A stretch of 64,000 nt of DNA from Candidatus Latescibacterota bacterium (GTDB lineage Bacteria; Latescibacterota; UBA2968; GCA-2709665), in contig OZ252100.1 of the NCBI GenBank assembly GCA_965248435.1, forward strand, positions 3,904,001 through 3,968,000, read 5' to 3'. Of this stretch, positions 39,482-48,697 are shown piece after piece. The position numbers and the translations under genes are program-made. The notes below the pieces were generated by a model. That model made no database searches and was not told the DNA's origin. It saw only the letters and a program-made list of their open reading frames with translations. Within the stretch, counting starts at the first letter, position 1, and each line of letters starts with the position of its first letter.

Positions 39482-40804
39482 ATGTCGCGAGAGACCATCG
39501 AAGCCAGATACCGCGAGCTGACGCCGACGTCCCGTCAGATGTTCGAGGACGGTCGATCGGTGAACGCGGGCGCCGCCAAGGGCGCCTATTACTTCGCACC
39601 CTACCCGATCACGCTCCGTCGGGGAAAAGCGTGTGTGCTCGAAGACGTGGACGGCAGGTCCTACGTCGACTTCTCGAACCACCACACCGCGCAGGTATTG
39701 GGGCACAACCATCCTGCGATCCTCGACGCCGTTAAGCGGCAGTTGGCCGATGGCATCGCGCTTGGAGCCCCGACGGGCGTCGAGACCCGGCTGGCTGAGA
39801 TGATGTGTGAGCGCGTGCCTTCGGTCGATCGCATCCGTTTCGTCAACTCCGGGACCGAAGCCACGCTGCACGCCATCCGGCTCGCGAGATGCTTCACCGG
39901 CAGGCCGAAAGTCGCGAAGTTCGAAGGCGGCTACCACGGCAGCCACGACGCCGTCGAAATCAGCGTGGCTCCGCCGCTGGAGTCCGCGGGCGAAGTCTCG
40001 GAGCCCAACGCCGTTCCCGGCGCAGGAGGCATGGCGCCACACGCCCACGAAGAGACGGTTGTTCTGCCTTACAACGACGAGGAGAGCGTCGAGCGACTGT
40101 TGTCACGCCACCGCGACGAACTGGCGTGTGTGATCCTCGATCCAAAGGCAGGCATCATCCCGATCCGGCACGAGTTCATTCGGAGGGTGCGTGAGATCAC
40201 CGAGGAACTCGGCATCCTGCTGATCCTCGACGAAGTCGTGAGTATCCGTCTGGCGGAGGGAGGCTTCCAGAGCCAGGTGGGGGTCAGGCCCGACCTGACC
40301 TGCTTCGGCAAGATGATCGGCGGCGGGTTTCCCATCGGAGCCTTCGGGGGGCGAGCGGACATTATGGACCTGGTGGACAACTCCGGCGGGTCTCCACCTG
40401 TTTGGCAGAGCGGGACTCACAGCAGTCACGCCGTGGCGATGGCCGCCGGGATCGCCACGCTCGAGACCTTGACGGACGAGGCTTATGCGCATCTGAACCG
40501 CCTTGGGGATCGGCTGAAGGCCGGCCTGGAAGGTTTGTTCGCCGACCGCGGTGTTACTGCGCAGGTCGCCACGATAGGATCCTTGTTCAGCATCAGCTTC
40601 GGCATCGACCGGCTGAATGACTATCGCGACCTGGCCCGGTCGGACAAAGCGATGGTGCACGCCGTGTTCCTGTCTCTGCTCAACCAGGGCTACTTCCCGG
40701 GGAAGGGACTGAACATGTGCGCAATCAGTCTCCCGACCCGGGACGATCACGTGGACGGCCTGGTTTCAGCCGTCGGAAACGCCCTCGACGAGGCTGCCTC
40801 ATAG
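39482..40804 (+). CDS. Class III aminotransferase (glutamate-1-semialdehyde aminomutase-like)
   Basis: DVDGRSYVDF, RFVNSGTEAT, KFEGGYHG, LILDEV, PDLTCFGKMIGGGFPIGAFGG. Confidence 0.9.
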   Translation: MSRETIEARYRELTPTSRQMFEDGRSVNAGAAKGAYYFAPYPITLRRGKACVLEDVDGRSYVDFSNHHTAQVLGHNHPAILDAVKRQLADGIALGAPTGVETRLAEMMCERVPSVDRIRFVNSGTEATLHAIRLARCFTGRPKVAKFEGGYHGSHDAVEISVAPPLESAGEVSEPNAVPGAGGMAPHAHEETVVLPYNDEESVERLLSRHRDELACVILDPKAGIIPIRHEFIRRVREITEELGILLILDEVVSIRLAEGGFQSQVGVRPDLTCFGKMIGGGFPIGAFGGRADIMDLVDNSGGSPPVWQSGTHSSHAVAMAAGIATLETLTDEAYAHLNRLGDRLKAGLEGLFADRGVTAQVATIGSLFSISFGIDRLNDYRDLARSDKAMVHAVFLSLLNQGYFPGKGLNMCAISLPTRDDHVDGLVSAVGNALDEAAS

Positions 40805-40947
40805 GGCGTCCAGGTCAAACGTCCACCAGACGGTATGAATTGTTCATCATTTTATGACCCTTAGATGCTTGTGCCTCTTACCCTACTTTTCTTGTGTGGG
40901 TCGATGGTTGACATGGAAACAAATCCCCCCTACCCCCCTTTTCCAAA

Positions 40948-41376
40948 GGTTCTTCTCCAAATGTTGGGGTTAAGGTAATATGCTCTATTGTAGAACTCGC
41001 TGACTTGCCGGCGGCCCTGGGACTCTCGAAATGCATCGCTCAAAGTGATCAGGGCCGCGGTGTGCGACTCCTATGCAACCTCGTTCTTTCACCTCCCACG
41101 CGGTTAGGGCCTCTGGTCCGGTCCCATAGTGGACGTCAAGCGGGGCAGGAGTCCCGCCCTGATTGCCGCCACCGTCCTTTCCATTGAGGGTGAGGTGCCG
41201 CGGCCGAGCCCCCGCGGCGTTTGAGCGGCGCCCTTCTTTTGTCTACTTTTCTTGTGGCGAGACAAGAAAAGTAGACCGCCGGAGGCTTGGGGTTCTGGGG
41301 TGGGGCGAACAGATTAGGGAGCAACGAGAGATAGCCACTTTTTCCTCTTGCCCTCCCCTAGATTCGGTGAAGAGCC
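40948..41376 (+). mobile_element. ISL3-derived MITE, 429 bp
   Basis: Ends GGTTCTTCTCCAAATGTTGGGG and GATTCGGTGAAGAGCC. Perfect 8-bp target duplication TTTCCAAA (40940-40947, 41377-41384) inside a family H palindrome; no transposase. Confidence 0.85.
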
Positions 41377-41718
41377 TTTCCAAAGGGGGAAGGTTACTCT
41401 TGCTGAAAGAGTACCCATTCAGAAAATAGATTCTTCCACCTTTCCTAAAGGGGGATTAAGGGGATTTCAAAATGCATCACAATCTTTTCTCGCCCGCACG
41501 TCCTTGTATCGCACCACCGGCTATAATGCCATCTGGCATCTTGCCAACTTCGGCTTCGTTGTCCGGCTGGATGACGCCTACATTTTTCCTCGATCCCATC
41601 CTGAGGGCCACCACTCACGCCCGCAAATACCGTCCTGTAGAATGAATCACTACGACCCCGTTTCTCTGGATAAAGCCGATCTATTCGAACTCGAACGTGC
41701 GTACAAGAAGGGGATAAC

Positions 41719-42708
41719 GTGATGAAGATCGGGACTCGCATCAGTCCGGACTGGCTGAATCGACCGAAGGACTTCCAGTTCCTCAAGCAGATCGGCGTCG
41801 ATGTGGTGGACATCACTCTGGACATCTGTCCCGCTTACAAGGAGACCGGACGGCTGAGCAGGGAGGGGGTCGAGCGCGTGGCGGAGGTCGTCGACAGGGC
41901 AGGCCTCAAGGTCGAACGGGCGAATTCGCTCAGCCGCTACTTCCGGTCCGCCTTCCTGGGGGGTCCCGAAGTCGAGCAGGAGATCGACAACCTGGTCCAT
42001 AACATCGGGCTGTGCGGCGAGTTCGGATTCCCGGTCGTGGGGGTGCAGTGTTTCCAGGCGGGGCAGCTCGCGAAGACCGACGAGCGTCTCTACAGCTGGG
42101 TCGAGGGTCGGGGAGGGTATCAGCACCGGAAGGTGGATCTGCGAGAAGCGCTCGACAGGCCCCTGTTGGAGGCGTCACCGAGCCACGAGGAGCTCTGGGA
42201 GAGGACCTTGGAGATCTACCGCGCCGCCATCCCGGCCGCTGAGGAGGCCGGCGTCAAAATCGCGATGCACGGGAACGATCCACCCGTTCCGAGCATCAAC
42301 GGCGTCGCACAAATCCTCTACGACTTTGATGCGTTCGATCGGCTGTTTTCGGAGGTGCCGTCCGACCATAACGGGATGACGTTCTGTGTGGGAACACGCT
42401 ACGAGTCCGGCCAGGACGTGTTCGAGGGGATCCGTCGGTTCGGCGAGAAGGGGAAGATCTTCCACGTCCACTTTCGGAACGTGAAGGGGACGATTCCCGC
42501 TACAGGAGGCTACCAGGAGGTGATTCCGGACAGCGGGGACCTGAACATGTTCGAGGTCGCGAAGGCCCTGCACGATATCGCATACGAGGGCGCGATCGAT
42601 TACGATCACATCATGAAGCTCGCGACCGACGGTCCCGAAGGGCGTGAGTACATCGCGTTCTGTGTCGGACAGATGAAGGGGTATCTGGATGCCATAAGAG
42701 CAGCATGA
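41719..42708 (+). CDS. Mannonate dehydratase (UxuA) family protein
   Basis: FLKQIGVD, AEEAGVKIAMHGNDPP, NGMTFCVGT, HVHFRNVKG, GDLNM, YDH. Confidence 0.82.
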   Translation: MMKIGTRISPDWLNRPKDFQFLKQIGVDVVDITLDICPAYKETGRLSREGVERVAEVVDRAGLKVERANSLSRYFRSAFLGGPEVEQEIDNLVHNIGLCGEFGFPVVGVQCFQAGQLAKTDERLYSWVEGRGGYQHRKVDLREALDRPLLEASPSHEELWERTLEIYRAAIPAAEEAGVKIAMHGNDPPVPSINGVAQILYDFDAFDRLFSEVPSDHNGMTFCVGTRYESGQDVFEGIRRFGEKGKIFHVHFRNVKGTIPATGGYQEVIPDSGDLNMFEVAKALHDIAYEGAIDYDHIMKLATDGPEGREYIAFCVGQMKGYLDAIRAA

Positions 42709-42898
42709 CCTGGTGTATCGTCCGTTAAATTTCTGTACTAATATGATTTGGGCTTATGTCGTCCTCCAACAGAAGCCTTGAAGAATCATCCTGAAAATGG
42801 GGTGGCTCGGTCACTAGAAAAGAAACTCGGGGAGGTCCGTGAACCGGACCTCCTTCTTGCCCGGTGAATCGTTGAAGGATTGCCGAAGGGAGATTTCA

Positions 42899-44476
42899 GT
42901 GAGCTCAAAAAGGCCTGCAGGAAATAGCTCGAGACCGAACATTCTCCTGATTATGGTCGATGACATGGGGTTTTCCGACCTGGGCTGCTATGGCGGTGAG
43001 ATCCACACCCCCAACCTCGACCGGCTTGCCTCAAACGGCCTTCGCTTCACACAGTTCTACAACAACGCCATCTGCGCGCCAACCCGGGCCTCCCTGCTGA
43101 CCGGACTCTACTCCCAGCAGGTCGGAGGAAGTCAGCCGAAGGAGTGCGTCACCATCGCCGAGGTGCTCAAGACCGCTGGCTACCGCACCCTCATGGCGGG
43201 GAAGTGGCATCTATCCGGGTATCTGTCCGCGCTACCCGTTGAACGTGGGTTCGACCGCTATTACGGCCTCGTCGACGGATGCTGCAACTTCTTCAACCCG
43301 GGTCTGAAACGACCCGGGGAAAAAGCGCCCGGTGAAAAGTTCCCGGACGACAATCCCCCCTTCGCGATCGACGGCAGGGTGATCCAGCCTTACACGCCTG
43401 AGGACAAGAATTTCTACACCACCGACGCGTTCACGGATTACGCCCTCGAATACCTGGATGAGTACGGCGGAGAGGACAGACCCTTCTTCCTCTACGTGGC
43501 GTATACCGCGCCCCACTACCCCCTGCAGGCCTGGCCGGAGGACATCGAAAGATACAGAGGCAAATACAGCGTCGGCTGGGACAGACTCCGGCAGGAGCGC
43601 TTCGAGCGCATGGTCGAGATGGGCCTGGTGGAAAGGCGCTGGGACCTCTCGTCGCGCGACCCGGACTCGGTTTCGTGGGAAGATGTTGAAGACAAAGCGG
43701 CCTGGGACCTGAAGATGGCCGTCTACGCGGCGATGGTCGACCGCGTTGACCAGAACATCGGCCGCATCCTGACCAAGATGCAGGAACTGGGGGTGGAGGA
43801 AGACACCCTGGTGCTGTTTCTGTCGGACAACGGGGCCAGCGACGAAGACAGGACGAGCACGCCCGACATCCCGCCCGGGCCCGTGGAATCCTACCGTACG
43901 GTGGACCTGCCGTGGGCCAACCTCAGCAACACGCCCTTCCGAAAATTCAAGCGGTGGAACCACGAAGGCGGCATCGCCACGCCGCTCATCGCCCACTGGC
44001 CGCGAGTGATCAAAAATGGGGGCGAGATCACCCACCAGATCGGCCACCTGATCGACATCCCGGCCACCTGCGCAGACATTGCAGGGGCGGAATACCCGGC
44101 CACCCGCGACGGCCGCGAGGTCCTGCCCCTGGAGGGAAGGAGCCTGCTTCCGATCTTCAATGGCGAACGGCGCGAGGGCCACGAGGCCCTCTACTGGAAC
44201 CAGGCCGGCCTCTGGCGCGCCGTCAGGATGGGAAAATGGAAACTCGTCTCTCCCGACCACTGGAGGGATTACAACCCCTGGCGTGCTGGCGGAGGGGCAA
44301 AGTCGGAACAGAACGCGCAGCCGGATCCGAAAACGATCTGGGAGCTTTACGACATGGAAGCCGACCGGACTGAGGTGAATGACCTTGCGGATCAGTATCC
44401 GGACCGCGTGAAACAGATGGCCTGTATGTATGACGCGTGGGAGAGGCACTGCGCGATCAGGTCCGAAACGGACTGA
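42899..44476 (+). CDS. Arylsulfatase, Cys-type
   Basis: RPNILLIMVDDMGFSDLGCYGGEI.TPNLD, CAPTRASLLTG, YTAPHYPLQA, LSDNGA; start is 42899 or 42839. Confidence 0.93.
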   Translation: MSSKRPAGNSSRPNILLIMVDDMGFSDLGCYGGEIHTPNLDRLASNGLRFTQFYNNAICAPTRASLLTGLYSQQVGGSQPKECVTIAEVLKTAGYRTLMAGKWHLSGYLSALPVERGFDRYYGLVDGCCNFFNPGLKRPGEKAPGEKFPDDNPPFAIDGRVIQPYTPEDKNFYTTDAFTDYALEYLDEYGGEDRPFFLYVAYTAPHYPLQAWPEDIERYRGKYSVGWDRLRQERFERMVEMGLVERRWDLSSRDPDSVSWEDVEDKAAWDLKMAVYAAMVDRVDQNIGRILTKMQELGVEEDTLVLFLSDNGASDEDRTSTPDIPPGPVESYRTVDLPWANLSNTPFRKFKRWNHEGGIATPLIAHWPRVIKNGGEITHQIGHLIDIPATCADIAGAEYPATRDGREVLPLEGRSLLPIFNGERREGHEALYWNQAGLWRAVRMGKWKLVSPDHWRDYNPWRAGGGAKSEQNAQPDPKTIWELYDMEADRTEVNDLADQYPDRVKQMACMYDAWERHCAIRSETD

Positions 44477-44576
44477 CTCAAACGCCGCCCGCTCCGTCCT
44501 GTGAGCGCCGGACGCTCCGCCAACTGATGGGGAAGGTCGAGATCCCAAAGCTTACAGCGTGAAAAGGTCCTACAGT

Positions 44577-45364
44577 ATGGAAAAGCGCTATTCCTGTTGC
44601 ATTATGGGCACCTGCTGCGTGCCGTGGGACGGAGAAGGGGGGCTGGACGAGCCGGTCTTCCGGCGTCACATTCGGAGTCTCTTGGAGAGGGGAACGAAAC
44701 ATCTCTACGTCTTCGGGACGGCGGGAGAGGGCTACGCGGTCGATGATGAGCAGTTCGACCGGATCACGACCGTCTTTAGCGAGGAGATGCGCGCGGGCGG
44801 CGCCGAGCCGATGGTCGGGATCATCAGCCTTTCGCTTTCGACGGTGATCCGCCGGATCGAGCGGGCGTGCGAGCGCGGGATACAGCGCTTTCAGATTTCG
44901 CTGCCAAGCTGGCGGAAGCGTTCGAGAACTTCGTGGCGGTCAAGCTCGGGATCGATTCCGTGAGCACCCTGTGGGAGCTCGGCCGGCGGGATCTTCCCCT
45001 GCGTTTTTTCCTGACCGAGTTGAACTTCGCAGCGGCCCGCCTGATGGGCATGGACGCAGGGCTGCTGATCGCCACGGCATCGGTGAACTGGGAGATGGCC
45101 CACCGCTTCTTCGATGCTGGGGTGGAGGGCCGGTTCGAGGAGCTACGGGAGTACGTCACGGAACTGGTAGGGCTTCGGGCTGAAATGAAGCGGTGCCTGG
45201 ACGGGGCCGCACATATGGACGGCGCCTTCGACAAGCTGTTCGCAAAGATCGATCAGCCGGATTTCTCACTCCGCCTGCTGCCGCCGTACGAGGGTGCCAG
45301 CGACGCGGAATTCGCCCGTTTTACCGGAGTGCTGCGGGAGAAGTACCCGCGGTGGGCTCCCTGA
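44577..45364 (+). pseudogene. DHDPS-family aldolase with an internal deletion/frameshift near 44903-44912
   Basis: The N-half (YVFGTAGEGYAV...QISLPSW) and C-half (AKLAEAFENFVAVK...HMDGAFDK) lie in different frames and overlap on GCCAAGCTGG. The YN motif region is missing. Confidence 0.72.
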
Positions 45365-45407
45365 ACACGCTCGAAGAGATATCTTATCCTGGAAGGAGTG
45401 GATCCTT

Positions 45408-46976
45408 ATGAATGGCGATTCCAGAACGCCAAACATCCTTCTGATCCTCACCGATCAGCACGCCCCGAAGATCGCCGGATTCGCCGGCGACCCTTACGTG
45501 CGCACCCAGCATCTGGACGACCTGGCCGCGCGATTCATCCAGTTCGACAATGCTTTCTGCGCCTCGCCCCTCTGCACGCCGTCGCGCATGTGTATGCTCA
45601 CCGCCAAGGAAGTCCACCGCTGCGCCGCCTGGAGCAACCACTGGATCATCTTCCCCGAACACGTCACCTGGCCTGCCCATTTCGCCGCGCACGGGTACCA
45701 GACCTGTCTGGTCGGCAAGATGCACTTTGGCGGTCGGGACCAGATGCAGGGGTTTCAGGACCGGCCCTACGGCGACCTCCGGCACGGATTGGGCCACCAG
45801 CCCGAACCGATCGACCTGTTCCCCGCTTATGACTCGGCGAACAGCGCGGGGCCCACGGAGATCCCGGAAAGCCTGCTGCAGGACGTGGTCGTCACCCGGG
45901 AGACGACGGCCTACCTGCTGGAACATCACGACCGGGAACCCGACATCCCCTGGTTCGTCTGCGCCTCTTACTCCCGCCCACACTCCCCCTACACCGCCCC
46001 CGGTCGCTACTTAAACCGGTACCGGGACAAACTTCCGGCGATCGGTCCGCCGTCGGATTTCGCCGACGGTCTGGAACCGTTTGCCAGGCGTCGTCTCCAC
46101 GATCTGACGTCTGAACAAACCCGGCGGGGCCGCGAAGGCTACTATGCCTGCGTCGATTTCGTGGATGACTGCATCGGCGAACTCGTGAACGTCCTGGAAA
46201 ACGCCGGTCTGCTCGACAACACGATCGTCATCTACACGAGCGATCACGGCGAAATGGCCGGCCTCCACGGGCTCTGGGGCAAAAACGTGTATTACGACCC
46301 CGCCATCGGCGTCCCCCTGTTGATGGCCGGCCCCGGCATACGCAGCGGCCAGCACCGGGTCGCGCACCCCATCTCCCTGATGGACCTCTACCCCACCACC
46401 TGCGCCCTGGCCGGTCTGCCCATGCCGGAAGGCCTGGACGGAGTGGACTTCAGCGGGCTGTTGGCCGACCCGGCATCTGCCCCGGTGCCGCGTCCCTTCG
46501 TGCCGAGCGCCAGCTACGCCTACGGGGGCAAAATCAAGCACAGGCAAACGGGCGAGAATGTTCTGCGTCGCGGTCCCCAATCCACTCACGAAAGTGAGCC
46601 CGCTGCGGCGATGCGCCTCGTACGCACCCGCGACTGGAAATACGTCGAAGTCGAGAAAGGCGATCCCCTGCTGTTCGATCTGGTGAACGACCCTGATGAA
46701 GAGATCAACCTGGCCGGCCGTCCAGAGCAGGCGGAGCGCTGCCGTGCCATGCGGGAGGACCTCTTCCAGGGGTTCAGCTGGGAGCACGTGCACGAACAGC
46801 TTGCGAATGACAGGCGCCGGCTGCCGGAATTCGCCTCCGGGCAGAAGCCGACCACGCCGAACCAGTACACGCTCCCGGACGGCCGGGTCTTCGACGCGGA
46901 AGGCGAGCTCTACGGCGCCCGGTGGCTCCATATTCCGGAGACAACGGGTGGCATCATCCCCCAGGAATTCGGTTAA
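45408..46976 (+). CDS. Sulfatase (choline-sulfatase-like), Cys-type
   Basis: PNILLILTDQH, CTPSR, GKMHF, SDHGEMAG.HGLWGK; AAGGAG RBS before ATG 45408. Confidence 0.92.
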   Translation: MNGDSRTPNILLILTDQHAPKIAGFAGDPYVRTQHLDDLAARFIQFDNAFCASPLCTPSRMCMLTAKEVHRCAAWSNHWIIFPEHVTWPAHFAAHGYQTCLVGKMHFGGRDQMQGFQDRPYGDLRHGLGHQPEPIDLFPAYDSANSAGPTEIPESLLQDVVVTRETTAYLLEHHDREPDIPWFVCASYSRPHSPYTAPGRYLNRYRDKLPAIGPPSDFADGLEPFARRRLHDLTSEQTRRGREGYYACVDFVDDCIGELVNVLENAGLLDNTIVIYTSDHGEMAGLHGLWGKNVYYDPAIGVPLLMAGPGIRSGQHRVAHPISLMDLYPTTCALAGLPMPEGLDGVDFSGLLADPASAPVPRPFVPSASYAYGGKIKHRQTGENVLRRGPQSTHESEPAAAMRLVRTRDWKYVEVEKGDPLLFDLVNDPDEEINLAGRPEQAERCRAMREDLFQGFSWEHVHEQLANDRRRLPEFASGQKPTTPNQYTLPDGRVFDAEGELYGARWLHIPETTGGIIPQEFG

Positions 46977-46987
46977 GCCTTGAAGCG

Positions 46988-48580
46988 TCACGACCGGCTC
47001 ATTTGCCTCGGAACCGAGATATCCGTCTGCATGATCAAATCCAGCAACTCCAGGCGCAGGTCGTCCCGGACACTGCGATGCGCAGGATCGTTCCACAGAT
47101 TATGCAGCTCCTCGGGGTCGTTATCGAGATCGAAAAGTTCGCCGTACGACTGCCCGGAGTAGCAGGTCATCCGGTATCGCTGCGAGACCAGCGTGCGCAT
47201 CTTGAACCCCAGGTAGTCCTCATCCATTTCTACAAGTGCAGGCCGTTCGGCACCGGGATCATCACCGGCCAGGACAGAAGCCAGACTCCGACCCGGCCAG
47301 GCATCCGGTGCTTCGGGCGCTTCCGGTTCAGACGGAATCCGCCCTTCCGGTACGGGAACCGCGGCCATATCGAGTATCGTCGGCGCGAAGTCCAGCAGAC
47401 TGACGACACCGTGGTGCACCGTACCCGGGGTGGTGTGCCCGGGCCACCGCACAAGAAACGGCACCCGTATCACCCCGTCGATGTGGTACGGCCCCTTGCC
47501 CCACATGCCGTGATCCCCCAGCGCCTCACCGTGATCCGCGATAAACAGGACGATGGTCTCCTCCTCCAACCCGTTCGTCCGGAGTGCATCCAGCACCCGG
47601 CCGACCTGATCATCTATCATCTCGATCAACCCGTAATAGTGGGCGGCGCATTCCGCATAATGGGCCGTGGTCAACGCCATGGCCTGCCCCTTGTTGCCGC
47701 TTGTCGTCAGGTCTGTCTCATACATCCGTCGAAAGTGCGGCGGGAGGTGGTCGTATTCACCGTCCTTTTTCACCGGCGGAGGGACGTCCTTCGGATCGTA
47801 AAGATTACAGTAGGGCGCCGGAGGCGCGAAAGGCGGATGGGGCTCCTGGATGCTGCACATCAGGCAAAACGGCGGGGCATCGGCGGCATCCTGCCGACGC
47901 CTCCCGGCCGCGGTATTCAGAAAATCAATCGTCCGGTCGGCAATCCACGTCATGGGATGCAGTTCCTGCGGCAGTGCCCATTTGTATGAACTCCGGTTGA
48001 ACAACGCCGACGCCCCACTCGGCGGTTCCAGTGGAACCTGATCAAAAAAGAGAGGCGCCGCATCCGGATGGTCCTGCCTGAGCCAGTGGATATAATGTCC
48101 GAAGGAACCGTGGCCGTGGCCGCCGACATAGTCGATCCCGTCCAGACCGTAGAACGGCCGCGGCAGGTCCGTAATCCTGCCCGATTGCCATAATGCCCGG
48201 CACTCGGGCGCATTATCCGGAGACAATTCATCGAGCGGGATACCGTTCGGCGACCCGGAACAGTGCAGGTGAATTTTACCGCAGCAGTGCGTCTGATAAC
48301 CGGTCCGGCGGAGCGCTTCCGTAAACGTGGTGATAGTCGGATCGAGTGGAATGCCATTCATACGAACCCGGTGTCCACGCGGAGTGAGACCGGTAAACAT
48401 CGTCGCGCGTGCCGGCATACATAACGGCTGCGACGTATACATGCGTGTGAATGTCATCCCGCCGGAGGCAAGCCGGTCGATATGCGGTGTCCGGACCAGA
48501 GGATGCCCCGCATAACCGAGGCATCGAGGATGCCATTGATCGGTGATGAATATCAGGAAATTGGGACGCGTATCAGACAT
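46988..48580 (-). CDS. Sulfatase, Cys-type
   Basis: RPNFLIFITDQ, CMPARA, ADHGEALGDHGMWGKG, ELFDLDNDPEE; GGAGG RBS. Confidence 0.92.
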   Translation of the reverse strand: MSDTRPNFLIFITDQWHPRCLGYAGHPLVRTPHIDRLASGGMTFTRMYTSQPLCMPARATMFTGLTPRGHRVRMNGIPLDPTITTFTEALRRTGYQTHCCGKIHLHCSGSPNGIPLDELSPDNAPECRALWQSGRITDLPRPFYGLDGIDYVGGHGHGSFGHYIHWLRQDHPDAAPLFFDQVPLEPPSGASALFNRSSYKWALPQELHPMTWIADRTIDFLNTAAGRRRQDAADAPPFCLMCSIQEPHPPFAPPAPYCNLYDPKDVPPPVKKDGEYDHLPPHFRRMYETDLTTSGNKGQAMALTTAHYAECAAHYYGLIEMIDDQVGRVLDALRTNGLEEETIVLFIADHGEALGDHGMWGKGPYHIDGVIRVPFLVRWPGHTTPGTVHHGVVSLLDFAPTILDMAAVPVPEGRIPSEPEAPEAPDAWPGRSLASVLAGDDPGAERPALVEMDEDYLGFKMRTLVSQRYRMTCYSGQSYGELFDLDNDPEELHNLWNDPAHRSVRDDLRLELLDLIMQTDISVPRQMSRS

Positions 48581-48697
48581 CGGCACCTCCTCGACGGGAC
48601 GCTTTCAGATGGTCTCAACATCCCGATCATCATTCAGGACAATCCGGCAGGTCCCGTGCCCGGTTCCCGCCAGCCACAATGGTTCCCTGTAGATCCT

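Noticed and set aside
24365-40804. Calling the aminotransferases hemL, the aldolases dapA, or the UROD-like gene hemE
   Set aside because: They are multiple divergent paralogs in a catabolic context; only family-level calls are supported.
41005-41722. Short ORFs in and around the MITEs (also 33583-34350 and 38363-38653)
   Set aside because: They are translations of repeats and palindromes with no protein-like features.
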